A stretch of DNA of 64,000 nucleotides from Dipteris shenzhenensis (taxonomy: Eukaryota). The DNA is taken from NCBI GenBank assembly GCA_047967505.1, contig CM106538.1. One strand, given 5' to 3'. The position numbers were made by a program, and so were the translations under genes. The notes beneath the pieces were generated by a model that had not been told where the DNA came from, made no database searches, and saw only the letters and a list, made by a program, of their open reading frames with translations. Shown in pieces: positions 50,996-63,995 of the stretch; within the stretch, counting starts at the first letter, position 1; every line of letters begins with the position of its first letter.

Positions 50996-53900
50996 TGTTA
51001 TGCTCTAGCCGAGATAGCATGACCTCGGAAAGATCGGTGGGCATTTTCCCTTAGAGGACCGACTTCAGTAATATTTCATGTGCGTAAATTAAATGGTCAA
51101 GGGACGTAACTGCCAAGGTCCTAGGTGAGGGTGTATTGGCATCGACTAGGTGGTTCTGAGTGCTCAGGCCTAGGTGCACCTAAATGTGTAAGAATGCCAA
51201 GGGGCAAATGTTTTAATTGTGCCCCAAGAGAGGGGTAAATGGTGTACCAAGCTAAAGGTCTAAAATGATGAAATGTGGCAGGAGGGAACCATCTAGGGAT
51301 TTGTGGGCTTGTGGATAGGCATGAAGAAAATGAATTACGTATCTTGTGGGCATGCAATCCATGAGATAGGCTGGGAGGAAAATCAGATGCTATCACCTGT
51401 GATTCGACGGAAAGGACGAGAGATTAGTATTGAGTGTCTCATTTGGTATCAGAGCGCAAAATGTTTGGGATGTGTGATGACGGACAATACGGAGGTGATG
51501 GCGCAGCTTGATGGTCACGGACGTCATCGCAGGCGTGGGATTTCTTGGAGGGAGGACCTGGCTTCTCGGTAGAATCCATATACTGTTCGTGGGCTCAACA
51601 AAGTTGGTCGGTACTGTGCTACCATCCCTAGCTTAATTCGCAGAATCAAGGGAGCTTTTTACAAGGCTGTAATCGGGAGGCACACGACGGGAAGTCCGAC
51701 GGATAAGCGGACGTCGTTACAGCTGTACCATGTGGTGTTTTCAAAACTCCTTGGCTTCGTGGGTGTGCAAGCTGTGTAATAGTTGGGTAGATTGATGAGC
51801 AGCGCCGAAGATGCGTGGAAGAGTTACGCATCTGGCATGTGGTCACGCAAATAGCCCATTAGCGAGGTGATCGTCTGAGCGCGGGTACGGTTACGTGCGC
51901 AGTGCCTTGGTTGGTGGCAGTGAATCCTGAAGCTACTGTATGGTCACGGGACTTGCTTCGTGATATTCCGTCAACTACATGGGAATGGGTTCAAATAACT
52001 CTACGAAGTCTGAGAGACGGAGGAGTGGCGCAGATTTTCGAGGCTTGCAAAGGCTTTGACAGAAGAAATAAGTTCGGGACATCTGCGTTACGTGGAGCTT
52101 CCAGAGGGCATCTTTTTTCCCTTCTATACAAAATTTCAGTTTTCAGTTTGCAGTCTATTATTCCTGTACAGCAAAGGGGAATTTGAAGTGTAATATACTT
52201 TTGGAGTTTTGGCGTACGGAAAGAAGTGAAAAATAAAAATAAAAAATCTATTTTCCCTTTTGAAAGAATGGAGGCAGAGGGACAAGATTCTAGGGTAAAT
52301 CCTGGTGAATCTAGAGCGTGATCTACGCAACAAGTGTCCCATCACACAACACCTACTCTGGTGGGTAGGATTTCTGTACTAGAAGATGCCTTACAACAGA
52401 TCATGAACCAGCAGCTTCAAGTGAACGCTGGTCAAAATGAAATTAGAGAGATGGTGCAAGCCTTGTCGGCTAGACCATCTAGAAATGAAAAGGGCAAAGC
52501 TCCAGCAGAGCCAGAGCCCAGTATACACTCGTCGGAACATGCGAAGGTCAAGGTACCTAATATTGCCAATTATAGACCGGAAAAGTACGCTGGTCGGATG
52601 ACCGAGCGCAGTTCTGATGTGATCGAGGTTTGGTTACACAAGTGGGAAGAAGCCTTCGCCATTTGTGAAATCAGATCTGATCTAAAGAAAATCCGTGAGA
52701 CCACTCACCTGTTTATCGAGGCAGCAGATAGGCGGTGGATAAAACAACAGAAAGATCAGGTTGCCCCTACCACCTGGGAAGGGTTTAAGGCTGAATTTAA
52801 GAAACACTTTCTTCCACCTGACGAAGAGTCCCAAGCTTGGTATGCTTACAGAAACCTTCGCCAGAGGAATTTATCAGTGGCAGAGTACACTGGCAAGTTC
52901 AGGGAATGTGTTATGAAAATAACGGACCCTCTCCCTATGTCGGTTCAGTTGAAAGACTATATCTATGGACTGAACGACAAGATTAAAATGGAAGTTCGGG
53001 CTAAATATGTGACTACATTAGATGAATCTATTGCAGTAGCCCTGAACTATGAGGATGCCAGAGGCAGACCTAGTGGGTTTGTGCAGGCAGGGACTCAGCA
53101 TGAGTATCCAAGAAAAGGGGGATTTCAGAGGAAATGGACTTCAAAGGCCAGTGTCTTGCAGCCAAGTGGCCAAACCAAGCAGGTGAAGCCGGTTGAGGGA
53201 TAAGCAAAAACAAGTACCACCGTTGGGGTGAAAAGAAAAGTAACTCCAATGGCAGCCCGGGCTTGGTCAACGTCCTCGTTGACCCCTGAGCAAAAAGAAA
53301 AACTAGAAAAGAAGGATTGTGCTTCGGCTGCCTTCAGCAACAACAGTGGAAAGATTGTCCACTAAACAAAGACCGTCACACGGCCAATATGATAATATCT
53401 GAATGCGACGCGAAAATGCAAGAGAGTCCCAATGCGGAACCTATGCAGATGCAATTGGCGGGACCTTCTCAGAAGTTAGTATCTGTGTTGTTAAGTGTGT
53501 CTGTTACTAAGTTAGTAAGCGGTGCACCCGATAACATCCTTTCAAAGCCCGCAGCAACGGGGTATACGGTTTTCGATGAGCCCAAGTTGATTAAAATGAA
53601 AGGGCAAGTAGCTAATCATGATGTAATTGTATTGTTTGACTCAGCATCAACGCACAATGTAATTAACTCAAAGCTTATTAAGAGGCTCAAGTTGAAAACT
53701 AGTCCGTCTGACTATGCTTATGCGGTCAGGATGGCGGATGGAAGTTCAACTGAAGTATGGGACCAGAGGGTTACCCAGTTGGAACTTTGAATTCAGGACT
53801 ATGTTGAGAAGCTAGACTTTGAGTTGACCAGGCTTGCTCACGCAGATATAGCCCTAGGCATGGCTTGGCATTTTTGGAAAAAACCAGCCATTGATTGGAA

Positions 53901-54838
53901 AAAGTGTATTTACGAGTTCAAGATGAACGGGGTAGAACATGTTTTGCGAGGTGAAAAGGATTTACCTCGAGGACCATTGATTTCAGCCATGGAAATTCGG
54001 AAGACTCCGAAAGAGTTTCTCTGTCTGTGTATAGCATCGATAGAGTCGATTGATGATGCATCGGCTAGCACAAAGGCTACCGAAGATGGGGAAATGGGGC
54101 CTAGTTGGCTAAAGAGATATCGGAGTTCTCTGATTGTTTTAGGGATGAGTTACCTCCAAAGCGGAATGTTCAACATAAATTTGAGCTTATCCCGGGGGCA
54201 GAACCTGTAAATAGACCTCCCTATAGATTAAGCTTTACAGAAGAAGCTGAGTTGCGAAGACAACTGGAAGAATACCTCAAGCTGGGACAAATTCAACCCA
54301 GTTTTTCACCTTTTTCTTCGCCAGTGATATTAAAGAAGAAGAAAGATATACTTTTCGTCTCTGTATAGATTACAGAGCATTGAATAATATCACTATTAAG
54401 CACAGGTATCCGATGGCTCGGATCAATTATTTGCTCGATGCATTACATGGGGCTGTAATTTTCAGTGCGTGAATTAAATGGTCAAGGGAAGTAACTGCCA
54501 AGGTCCTAGGTGAGGGTGTATTGGCATTGACTAGGTGGTTTTGAGTGCTCAGGCCTAGGTGCACCTAAATGTGTAAGAATGCCAAGGGGCAAATGTTTTA
54601 ATTGTGCCCCAAGAGAGGGGTAAATGGTGTACCAAGCTAAAGGTCTAAAATGATGACATGTGGCAGGAGGAAACCATCTAGGGATTTGTGGGCTTTTGGA
54701 TAGGCATGAAGAAAATGAATTACGTATCTTGTGTGCATGCAATCCATGAGATAGGATGGGAGGAAAATCGGATGCTATCGCCTGTGATTTTGCCTGTGAT
54801 TCGACGGAAAGGACGAGAGATTAGTATTGAGTGTTTCA
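50996..54838 (+). mobile_element. Ty3/gypsy element A, internally deleted
   Basis: 5' LTR 50996-51441 (TG..CA); Met PBS 51444-51455; gag, protease (VLFDSASTHN) and start of RT; 5'-truncated 3' LTR at about 54455-54838; TSD CTAAA at 50991-50995 and 54839-54843. Confidence 0.95.
52334..54466 (+). pseudogene. gag-protease-partial RT of element A (frameshifted)
   Basis: [75 protein letters not shown]. Confidence 0.9.
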
Positions 54839-55381
54839 CTAAATCCGTTAGAGGACTGAGGACATGAATTTCGAGCTCCATATAAGTTGCTTCAGGCCTA
54901 AACACTCAATGAGTGGTCATAAGAGCAATAGCTAATAAAAAGACAATGCACAATTCAAGAAACTAAGTCTTTGCAATGTTGTTAATCTCCCGCTATGCTT
55001 CCACAGAAGAAACCTGAATGCAGCCCCTCAAGGTCAAAAGCTTAGGCTAACATGGAAAGATTGTAGCTGCAATAGAGTGCCCACTTTGACAAAATAACTT
55101 TAAAAGCACTACATAGGCTAAACAAGGCAGCCCACAATTATAAAATTGCTATAGGCTGATGGTATCTTCCATGATCCACCCTCCCCCTCCTCCCCTCCTC
55201 TTCCTTCACCTCACCCTACCTCTAATCCCCTCACCTCTAATTAGACTAGTTTCATGTGAGCCTCACGTTGCAGGGAAACCCCATAATAGAATCAAGATAC
55301 TACTATTTAAGGCATCAAGTATTCTTACTCCAGGTCACCACGTCAAAGATTGACAATTGTTGTTCTCAAGACACCCACAAT

Positions 55382-58300
55382 TGTGACCACTGAAACCGGC
55401 CTTCAGTTTCCTGAAGGGCAGTAGACCATAACTTGCATTGCATATTCATTATTCACAGCCACATTGCATCATTTCCAACTACTTAACTTTAAACAATACC
55501 ACTTAGAAACAACTTGAGAAATAACTAGATGGAGGCTAGAGTGCCCCTGCTCAATGGAACCAAGTACAAGACACCACACTGGCCCCAAACACTTGGCGCC
55601 CCTTCCGGTATTTATTTATTTCTTTAGGCATGAAATTGGTACATACAACAAGGGCTCTCCCTTGTGCTCTTCCCCACGGGCAATTCCATTGTCCAAGCCA
55701 AACCTTGGCTATAAACTGCATTCCATCCTAGTGCACACACTAGCACCCAAGTGCCAAGGCAAAGCTAAGGCATTCACCATTTGTCCATGACCAACTGTAA
55801 AAGTATCCAAGCATTCCACAAAGACTGTAACCAACTTTGAATGACCAGGCATCCAGACACTTCCCGAAATGCTCAAGCAGCCTCAAGGATTCCAAATGCA
55901 ATACACTACCCCTCTGGCACTCTCCCAGGCACACCCTCTGTAACTGAGTGTCTACTTAAGCCTGTAAGGTCCAAAGGAAACTCCAAACAACAAACGGAAC
56001 AACAACAAGCTTCCAAAAATCACCAAATGCAATCACATGAAAGGGATAGTGACAAGAGAACTCAAACCAGCTTCAGACAACTTCAATCCAGCCCCAGATC
56101 AGCTCCAAGGAACTCCAATCCGGTCTAGAAAACCTCCATGGGCAACAGATCCAATGTGGAGGCTAATAGGAGGCAATGACAGCTTGGAGAGGGGAGGGTA
56201 GAGAGAGAAAGAGCAAGAAGATCACGGTTAGGAAAGAGAAGCTGAGCAGCTAGCCATGAGTGTTGGGGAGTCTAAATGGGCCGTACAAACAGCCAAAACT
56301 GCCTTGGGCTGTGTGAAAACAGTCCGTACAGCAATAGCCACACCTTGGAATGCGTACTAACTGATCCGTACAGCAGGCCCGTTCCGTACAGCAGCCATGA
56401 CTGTTCCATACAATCAGCCTTGGGATGTGTACCTCTCCCTTACAGCCAGCAATGAATGCAATTCAGCCACCTTGGCTCACATGCCAATCAAAAGTTCTGT
56501 CCGTACAGCAGGCTAGCAATCCGTACAGCAGCGTTGAAAGCACCGTACAGCAGCACTTATGGAATCCGTGCAGCAGCCTGTACACTTGCAGCCAGCCTCG
56601 ATCAGCAGCCTGTACAGCAGTACGGCTGCTTCAAATCACCAGCAGCAGGTCCACAGCCGTACGGTGACCTCGAGGAGCGTGCAATATCCATACAGCATGC
56701 AGCGTGCGTAAGGACTCCGTACAGTCCGCTCCTTCAATGCAGTTTCTGCAGTACGTACAGCCGTACGGGCTGCCTCGAGATGTGTGCAGGCCAAGAAATG
56801 CAAGGAGTTAAGTCTTCCTTGGACTTCGTACGGCGTGCCCTCTTCACCTTGGGATGCGTGGAAAAAAAAAAGAGAGAAAGAACCCACGTCCCAAAACTCG
56901 CTTTTTGCCTTGGAAGGAGAGGAAGAGGGTAGGTATGCATGAGGAAATGCCACGTGGCCCCCTCATTAAAGCTCTAACCCTTGCAAACCAATGGAACATT
57001 GGTTTGCCCCTCACATTAAAATCCTAACCCCTTCTAACCAATGAAACATTGGTTTCCTTGGGCCTAACTTTAAGACCCCTCTAAAGCTTGCCTTACCCCT
57101 AGCAAGTAGGCCTAGTGACCTAGGGACTTCTGGGAAGTGTCTCTTCCCCTGGGCTAGCCCCCAAAGCCAAAGTTAGTCACGGTTCATAAGTTCAAGTCCC
57201 CGTGACATACCCTCCTCTTGAAACAGCAAACTATCACGTTTGTTGCTATAAACATAAACCACCAGCAATGATGATATGGTCTAGGAAAGCGCGCGTGTCC
57301 ATCCATATATCAATGCATCATCCGTGTGGAGTGACTAGTACACTCATCATGGAAGTCTCGTAGCAGATGTATTGTCAGCAAACAATACCTCGGGTGAGAC
57401 ATACAGTGTCACCAAGCGACTTCTAGATACCGTGAGCCTGTCTGTTGACAAGGGGGTGGAGGAACTACCCCCCTCTTGAGCATCAGGCAATGCTCTAGAC
57501 CTATGCTCTGCTGAGCCTAAAGGAGCTACAACCGAAGTCAGCTCAAAGCACAACAACTGAGTGGACTACACCACTTTGAGTGAAATCTGCTAGTTCACTC
57601 GCCTCCAATAACTTGAACCACACACACATGGCAATAATGGATCCTAGGAACATAGATCCTGGTACTCGATATCCTTTCAGACTTGCATCACCGCAAGCTG
57701 AATCGGTTCAGCCGATCTATGCTAGACTTGGATCCTTGTCTCATGGTTCAAATAAAAAACCAACTAGCATGTACTAAATGGATTTACTGCTCGAGCCATG
57801 CCGGGCAACAAGAGCATCCAAAATAGGCATGTGATACATGGATGTGCTGCTCTAGCCATGCCGGGCAACAAGAGCAATCCAACAAGAACAAGGACTACTT
57901 ATTCTGCAATTTACCATTCAGCCATCAACAAAACTAGCAGGGAAGAACCATCCTCCAAATTAGAAAGCAGCCTAGAAAGAGGAAACTCTCCAATTTCTGG
58001 CTGTTACAAATATTCATACCAATATTACTGTTTTTTTTTTAAAACCAAAGGAAAACAAATCTCCTAGCGCGCGTGGCTGTCCTTTTTCGCTTCGTGTGCT
58101 CCCATAGGTTGTTTCCGTTTACGATTGGGGCAATCTTTGGCCTGATGGCCCTCTTCTTTGCAAAGGAAACACTTTCCAGCTTCAAATAGGGCTTGCCGTT
58201 CCTCATGAGACAATCTCTCTTTGGTACTTGGCTTACTATTAGGTCGCTGGTCCACATCAAACTTGACTTTGGTTGTCTTGACAAATTTCCTTTTCGTGAA

Positions 58301-59405
58301 AGAGTCATCCTGCTGCTTACCTTTGAATCCTGGAGTCATCCCTTGCATGAGAGCATAGGCTGTAGTAGCATTCTCAATCAGTTGAGATATGTTGGAGACC
58401 TTTGTCTTGGTGCAATAGTCACGAAGCTCCTTTGGCAGTCCACAACAATACTTTTCCACCTGCTCACACAATGATACGGTCCTATACGAGCTGACTGGCA
58501 ATAAGGCCTCCCAAAACTTTTTGTTATACTCTTCAAGATTCTTACAGTGTGCGGCATCCAGCTTATGCCATGTTGTCATGCAGCGATGACTGTTCTGTAC
58601 AATCAGCCTTGGGATGCATACCTCTCCCGTACAGCCAGCAATGAATGCAATTCAGCCACCTTGGCTCACGTGCCAATCAAAAGTTCTGTCCGTACAGCAG
58701 GCTAGCAATCCGTACAGCAGCGTTGAAAGCACCGTACAGCAGCACTTATGGAATCCGTGCAGCAGCCTGTACACTTGCAGCCAGCCTCGATCAGCAGCCT
58801 GTACAGCAGTACGGCTGCTTCAAATCACCAGCAGCAGGTCCGTACAGCCGTACGGTGACCTCGAGGAGCGTGCAATATCCGTACAGCATGCAGCGTGCGT
58901 AAGGACTCCATACAGTCCGCTCCTTCAATGCAGTTTCTGCAGTCCGTACAGCCGTACGGGCTGCCTCGAGATGTGTGCAGGCCAAGAAATGCAAGGAGTC
59001 AAGTCTTCCTTGGACTTCGTACGGCGTGCCCTCTTCACCTTGGGATGTGTGGAAAAAAAAAAGAGAGAGAGAACCCACGTCCAAAAACTCACTTTTTGCC
59101 TTGGAAGGAGAGGAAGAGGGTAGGTATGCATGAGGAAATGCCACGTGGCCCCCTCATTAAAGCTCTAACCCTTGCAAACCAATGGAACATTGGTTTGCCC
59201 CTCACATTAAAATCCTAACCCCTTCTAACCAATGAAACATTGGTTTCCTTGGGCCTAACTTTAAGACCCCTCTAAACCTTGCCTTGCTGCCCTAGCAAGT
59301 AGGCCTAGTGTGTGCACCTAGGGACTTCTGGGAAGTGTCTCTTCCCCTGGGCTAGCCCCCAAAGCCAAAGTTAGTCACGGTTCATAACTTCACGTCCCCG
59401 TGACA
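55382..59405 (-). mobile_element. LTR element B, non-autonomous (partial gag only)
   Basis: Closely matching LTR segments 56391-57207 and 58580-59405, both starting TGTCACGGG on the minus strand; PPT aagaggagggta at 57208-57219; 3' LTR probably ends ..GGTCACA at 55382. Confidence 0.9.
58064..58579 (-). pseudogene. Partial gag of element B with CCHC zinc knuckle
   Basis: LEEYNKKFW, YCCGLPKEL, CFLCKEEGHQAKDC. Confidence 0.85.
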
Positions 59406-61400
59406 CCATAGTCCTTATGAGAGGAGGAGCCCGAGTCGCCCCTGCCAAAGCCCATTGAGGAGAGCTTGAATGGAGCTGAGCTTCAAACTGGTGCCACCAT
59501 CGTGTCCCCAATATCGTTGCCTGAGTAGGTGCGACCTGGAGTGGCCAACTGTCTACTGACCTTGAGATCTTCAGAGTGGCTAAAGAGACCTGCATGTTCT
59601 CTCTATCTGCTGCCTCGTAAATGCGCCATTCAAGGCAATGGAATCCATTAGTGTAAGAGTCAACTGGGCCTTCTTAGCTGCTTTGGTGGAAATGATGTTG
59701 TCGGAGCTCTCTGAATCTGCCAAGATGAGGACCTTCTGACCACCAATCTTGCCATAAAACTGAAACATGTTGGGGAACTGACGAGGCTCCCCCTTGTGCT
59801 GATCTACAGCTCCTTGATGACCACTGAGGTTGTCCTCATAGGAGTTGAAGCTGTGGATGAACCACTTGATGTGGCTCCTTCTGCTCGAAGCTTTGGGTAA
59901 TGCGGACCATCTTCTTTCTTATGACCTGGCACAAGACAATAAAAGCATCGGTTCTCTTTGGCATAGGCTGCTCGTGTCGCTGCATCCAAGTACCCACCAT
60001 AGCTGTTGCTATCCTTCGCCATCCAGCTATGAGGAGTTGACGGTCTCGTTCTTGCTTCTCCTCCCAAAAGGTTTGCTCCCATTCTTCCTTCTCTCCTGAG
60101 CGGTACACTCTCTGAGCTCTCTGGCCTCCCGAGCCTCGCGTTCTCTGGCCACCTGCTCCCGATCTCGACATTCCCTAGCTTCCTGGGCCTAGAGCAGTCG
60201 GAGCTCCTGGGCGTCCTAAGCCTCAAGATCTCGGCATTCTTTTGCTTCCAAAGCCTCTCGATCTCTGAGTTCTTTTGCTTTCAAAGCCTCGCAATCGCGT
60301 TCTTCTTTTGCCTCCCGAGCTGCTCTCTTGCATTCTCCGGCGGCCTGCTCACGATTTTCCCGCATCTCCTAGAGCTGAACCATGTAGTTAAATAGACTCT
60401 TGGGCTGTTGTTGCTACATCTACATCATGGCCATCATGGCAAACATCGGAGCCTCTACAAAATTCTGTAGTGGTAGGGCTTGGGAAGCCGATCCTTCATC
60501 CCCACTGGCGTTGGACTTCTCACTTGTACTCATGCTGTCCTTTCCAAATCTTGTTTATACCATAACAGTGGGGATGTCCCTAAACTGACCCTCCCTATCT
60601 CAGGAAAGAAAATCTGAAACTCTGATACCAATGTATTAGGGAGATAGCCTAGCTCACTTGAGGGGGTGTCAAAATAATAGGGTAACCTCCCTGTTTGTAA
60701 GCCCCCCAAAATGAGGAGAGCATGGGGGAGTGACCTGTAGAGGAATAGGGGGCAGGAAGAGGGAGAGGGAGGCTGCCATGTGGGAAGCACACAAAAATGT
60801 TCCTTGTATTTAATGGAGATCAACCCTTTACGGAAGATCTGTCCTAGAGGGGATAACGATAGTGTTGGCCACACATGGGCCCTGACATAGGGCAGGATTG
60901 CAGCCAGGGAAAAGACTCTGGGCCTGCATATAGCCAAGCAGAAGGCCCTTATGGGCAGAAATGGTGCAGGGTTTATAAGCCCCCAAAGCCTGGCCTGGTC
61001 AGTCCACAGACTGGGCTGGCCAGATTTATAGACAAGTTTGTCTGTTCGGCCAGCCCGTGAGGGCACATAGGCGTTCTAGAGCAGCCCTCTGCAGGCTGCA
61101 GAACAGTCCTCTAGACGTGCACAGTAGGCACTAGAGGAGGCAGTGAGGTGGCAGCAAGGCAGGGAATCCAGTTCTCTTCCAGTGCATCAGAGCCCCAGAG
61201 AAAGTGGAGATCAAGGCATCAACAGGGTGCACTGGCAGATCCAGCAGCCCTTAGCCATTGTGAAGAGCTCAACCAGTGATCAGATCACTTAAGGTAGAAA
61301 GGATGCTAACACGTGGAGAGTTTTGAGCTCCTCCCATAGCCACAGAAGACCTCATTGAGAGGATTGCAGCAGAAACAGTCAGCAGCAGATTAGGGTAACA
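59406..61400 (-). mobile_element. Ty3/gypsy element C, 5' half (LTR, PBS, gag, protease)
   Basis: LTR 60632-61400 (TGTTA..ATACA on minus); Met PBS tggtatcagag at 60630-60620; CFYCLVPGHKKED; protease LILADSESSDNII..ILGTRW; interrupted by element B. Confidence 0.85.
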
Positions 61401-61713
61401 ATTGTGGCGTCAGTTCCAGCACTAGTGGGCAGCACCCCCCTCTCCACGTAATGTGGTTTGTGAGTGCACCTTTTTGTACATTTCTATGTATGTGTGCACA
61501 ATCTAGAGTTTTTAAGAGTGATCTTGTGGATGATTCATTTTCTGCTGTGCATTCTAACACGGTACAAAAAACTAGGACTTGAGCTAGAAGTAACATGTCG
61601 AGATGCTTTCCAACAGACCCTGGCTGGAGTACGTAATGTCTGCAATAGAGTAACCTGCTTCATGACTCTTTCCTCCCCTTTATCACAGCTCATAACCATC
61701 AATATACTACTCT

Positions 61714-61935
61714 CATGCGTACTGCTCATTGTAAGAATATAAACATAGGTGTAACTTAGGTACCTTGTACAGTGCAAACTCTGTAGAAATGAAGCATGTG
61801 ACAGATCCCCAAAACAAAGGAAGCCATGCGTGCTGCTCATTGTAAGAGTATAAACATAGGTGTAACTTGGGTACCTTGCACCGTGCAACTTTGTAGGAAT
61901 GAAGCATGTGACAGATTCCCAAACAAAGAAAGCCT
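61714..61935 (+). repeat. Tandem duplication (~111 bp x2)
   Basis: catgcgt.ctgctcattgtaaga.tataaacataggtgtaactt...gaagcatgtgacagat repeated twice. Confidence 0.9.
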
Positions 61936-63164
61936 TCCTCAGCAAGAATTGCTATGCTAAAAAGCAATAGACACAGGACAGCAAGCCTTTTTAACTTTAT
62001 CATTCTGCATCCAACAAGGATCCCAAACCAGCCTGTGTGCACCGCAGACGAGTTCTCTCTCAATTCTATTTTGTGCAGAACTGAGCTAAACCGTGAGACG
62101 TAATCTTAAAAAATAGGACAACAGATACAGATCCCCTTGCACATGAAAGTACAACCTCATTTTCAATGACCTCCTTCCTTGTAATATGTATACCACTCTT
62201 AAATCTCATTCAAATCTTTTAGGAGATAAGCCTTGTACTTCGCATATCTGTATAGAAGTTATACCAGAACATAGCCTGCTATTCGAAAGTTCCCTCCTCC
62301 ATGTTTCTTTGTGGAGGCTTCAAATACATCGATGGGTCCCAAAAGGTGGGGATTAGTAATCATAACTTTCTTTCATCCTATCCCATATATATACCTTTAA
62401 AAGACTCGAATAGATTCAATCTTATAAATCACAATTTTTTTATAGAACAAGCAAAAGAAAGCGACTTTAGACAAACTTAGGAGTAAATGAGAAAAATAAA
62501 AATAAGGATAACTTAGTCAGCAAAGCTACGCTTATGTTTACATCAGTACCCAAGCAAAAACTGCCATCTGGGTTTTGAAAGATTCCGGAATCCCTTGGGT
62601 AAAATCCTATCCCATATGCCTAGACCCTAGGGACTTCATAAAATCAATCCTTCAGGGCCAGAAATCGTTAGATAACCAAAGGACAACAGAGACTTACAAA
62701 GCTCTTCGAGATAACAGAAGCAAGAACATGTGCAAGATAAGAAGGCCCATAAATGCATCAAGCCTCTCTGCGATTGATTGTACATGCATTTAGAGATGCT
62801 ACCGAAGCGCTAGCGTAAGACTCGAGGCAGGTACAACCTTCTTTAAGAATCCAACGCCAATAATGCGCAGCTATTGCGTAGAGATAAAATTGCAGCCCAT
62901 AAATTATGCTTAAACATAGCGAGGGTAAGAGCTCTACAGTCATGACCGTCGAAAATAAGACGGAGCGAATTGGGAAAGACGTGGGGCAAGACCCTGTAAC
63001 AAAGGTCAAGTCGGAGTGAGGTAGTGTAGAAGAGCACTATGCGACCTCTGCAGAAGGATGAATGAGCGAGCGAGACTGTCCTTCGTTATACTTTTCATAT
63101 AGATGCACCTTTCCTAAATTTAGAGTAACAAATAACACTGGTAAAGGAGAGAGAATAGGCGCAC

Positions 63165-63484
63165 CTTGAAGCCAGGTAACACAGCGCTGCATTGGAGCAA
63201 TGACGAGTGGAAAGCTCGCGCATATTCCCACAGCTCCGATCGACTACCAATTTGATAATATAATCAATTTTCTTCTCGAAAGACGGCTGCCACCACATGG
63301 AAGTCTCCTCTCTCTTCCGGAAGGAATCTTCCATATTCACGCACTCCCAACAAGCAGAATCGGCGGACGCTCTTCTCCAAGTCTTGCAAACCAGCGGCAC
63401 GGAGAGGTAGAGGTCCTCGAAGCCCACTCTCTTGAAAATCTCCACAAGGGCTTCGTGGGTGAGGTCGGCCCAGGAAGCATCCAT
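63165..63484 (-). CDS. SKIP1: F-box/LRR protein SKIP1-like, F-box exon
   Basis: MDASWADLTHEALVEIFKRV..VCKTWRRA..FEKKID..VVDRS..RHCSNAAL; donor AG|GTGCGC at 63164; phase-2 splice gives YLASRCPF and an 894-nt CDS. Confidence 0.92.
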
Positions 63485-63869
63485 ACCCACAAAGCGGGAA
63501 GGCTCTCTTTGGGATCGGAATGAGCAAGAGAAACTTGGAAATTGAATACGATGGACAGATGAAGAGCTTGAGACAATTTGCGAGGTTACTGACAGCTACA
63601 ATTTGCCGTTTTTTTCAGCCATATCCAGTAACAGAAGGTCGGAGCCAACGGAGAGAGCTTACAAATTACTGTCTTTGCAGTGTAGAGCAGCTGTCAACGT
63701 GCAATTCCAAAAGTCCAAAGGGAAAATTCCATCACCCACAAACTTCCAACAGAAGAACAACCAAAACAAAAATTCCCGCGAGATCCGATGCTCTTATCGA
63801 TGTTTAGAATGCTTTACAATACTCCCTATGCATCTCTTTCTTCTTCTCTGCCCAACAATTCTCTTTCAC

Positions 63870-63950
63870 GCCGCCGCCGCTGCTGCTGCTGCTGCTGCTT
63901 CTTCTTCTTCTTCTTCTCTGTCCACTGATTCTCTCTCTCTCTTCTTCTTA
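63870..63950. repeat. Compound (GCC)(GCT)(CTT)(CT) simple repeats in the gene's 5' region
   Basis: Seen directly. Confidence 0.85.
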
Positions 63951-63951
63951 C

Positions 63952-63995
63952 CCAACGACTTCCTCTTCTTCTTCACAATTCTCCCTGCCCACCAT
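63952..63995 (-). CDS. Possible short upstream coding exon (or uORF) of the SKIP1-like gene
   Basis: ATG at 63995 encodes MVGRENCEEEEEVV and is followed by donor GG|GTAAGA; in frame with exon starts at 63506 or 63533. Confidence 0.45.

Noticed and set aside
56425-59218. Duplicated 105-169-aa ORFs
   Set aside because: They lie inside the paired LTRs of element B and show no domain signal.
63095-63164. C-terminal tail CAYSLSF... of the 131-aa ORF
   Set aside because: Read-through into the intron past the GT donor.
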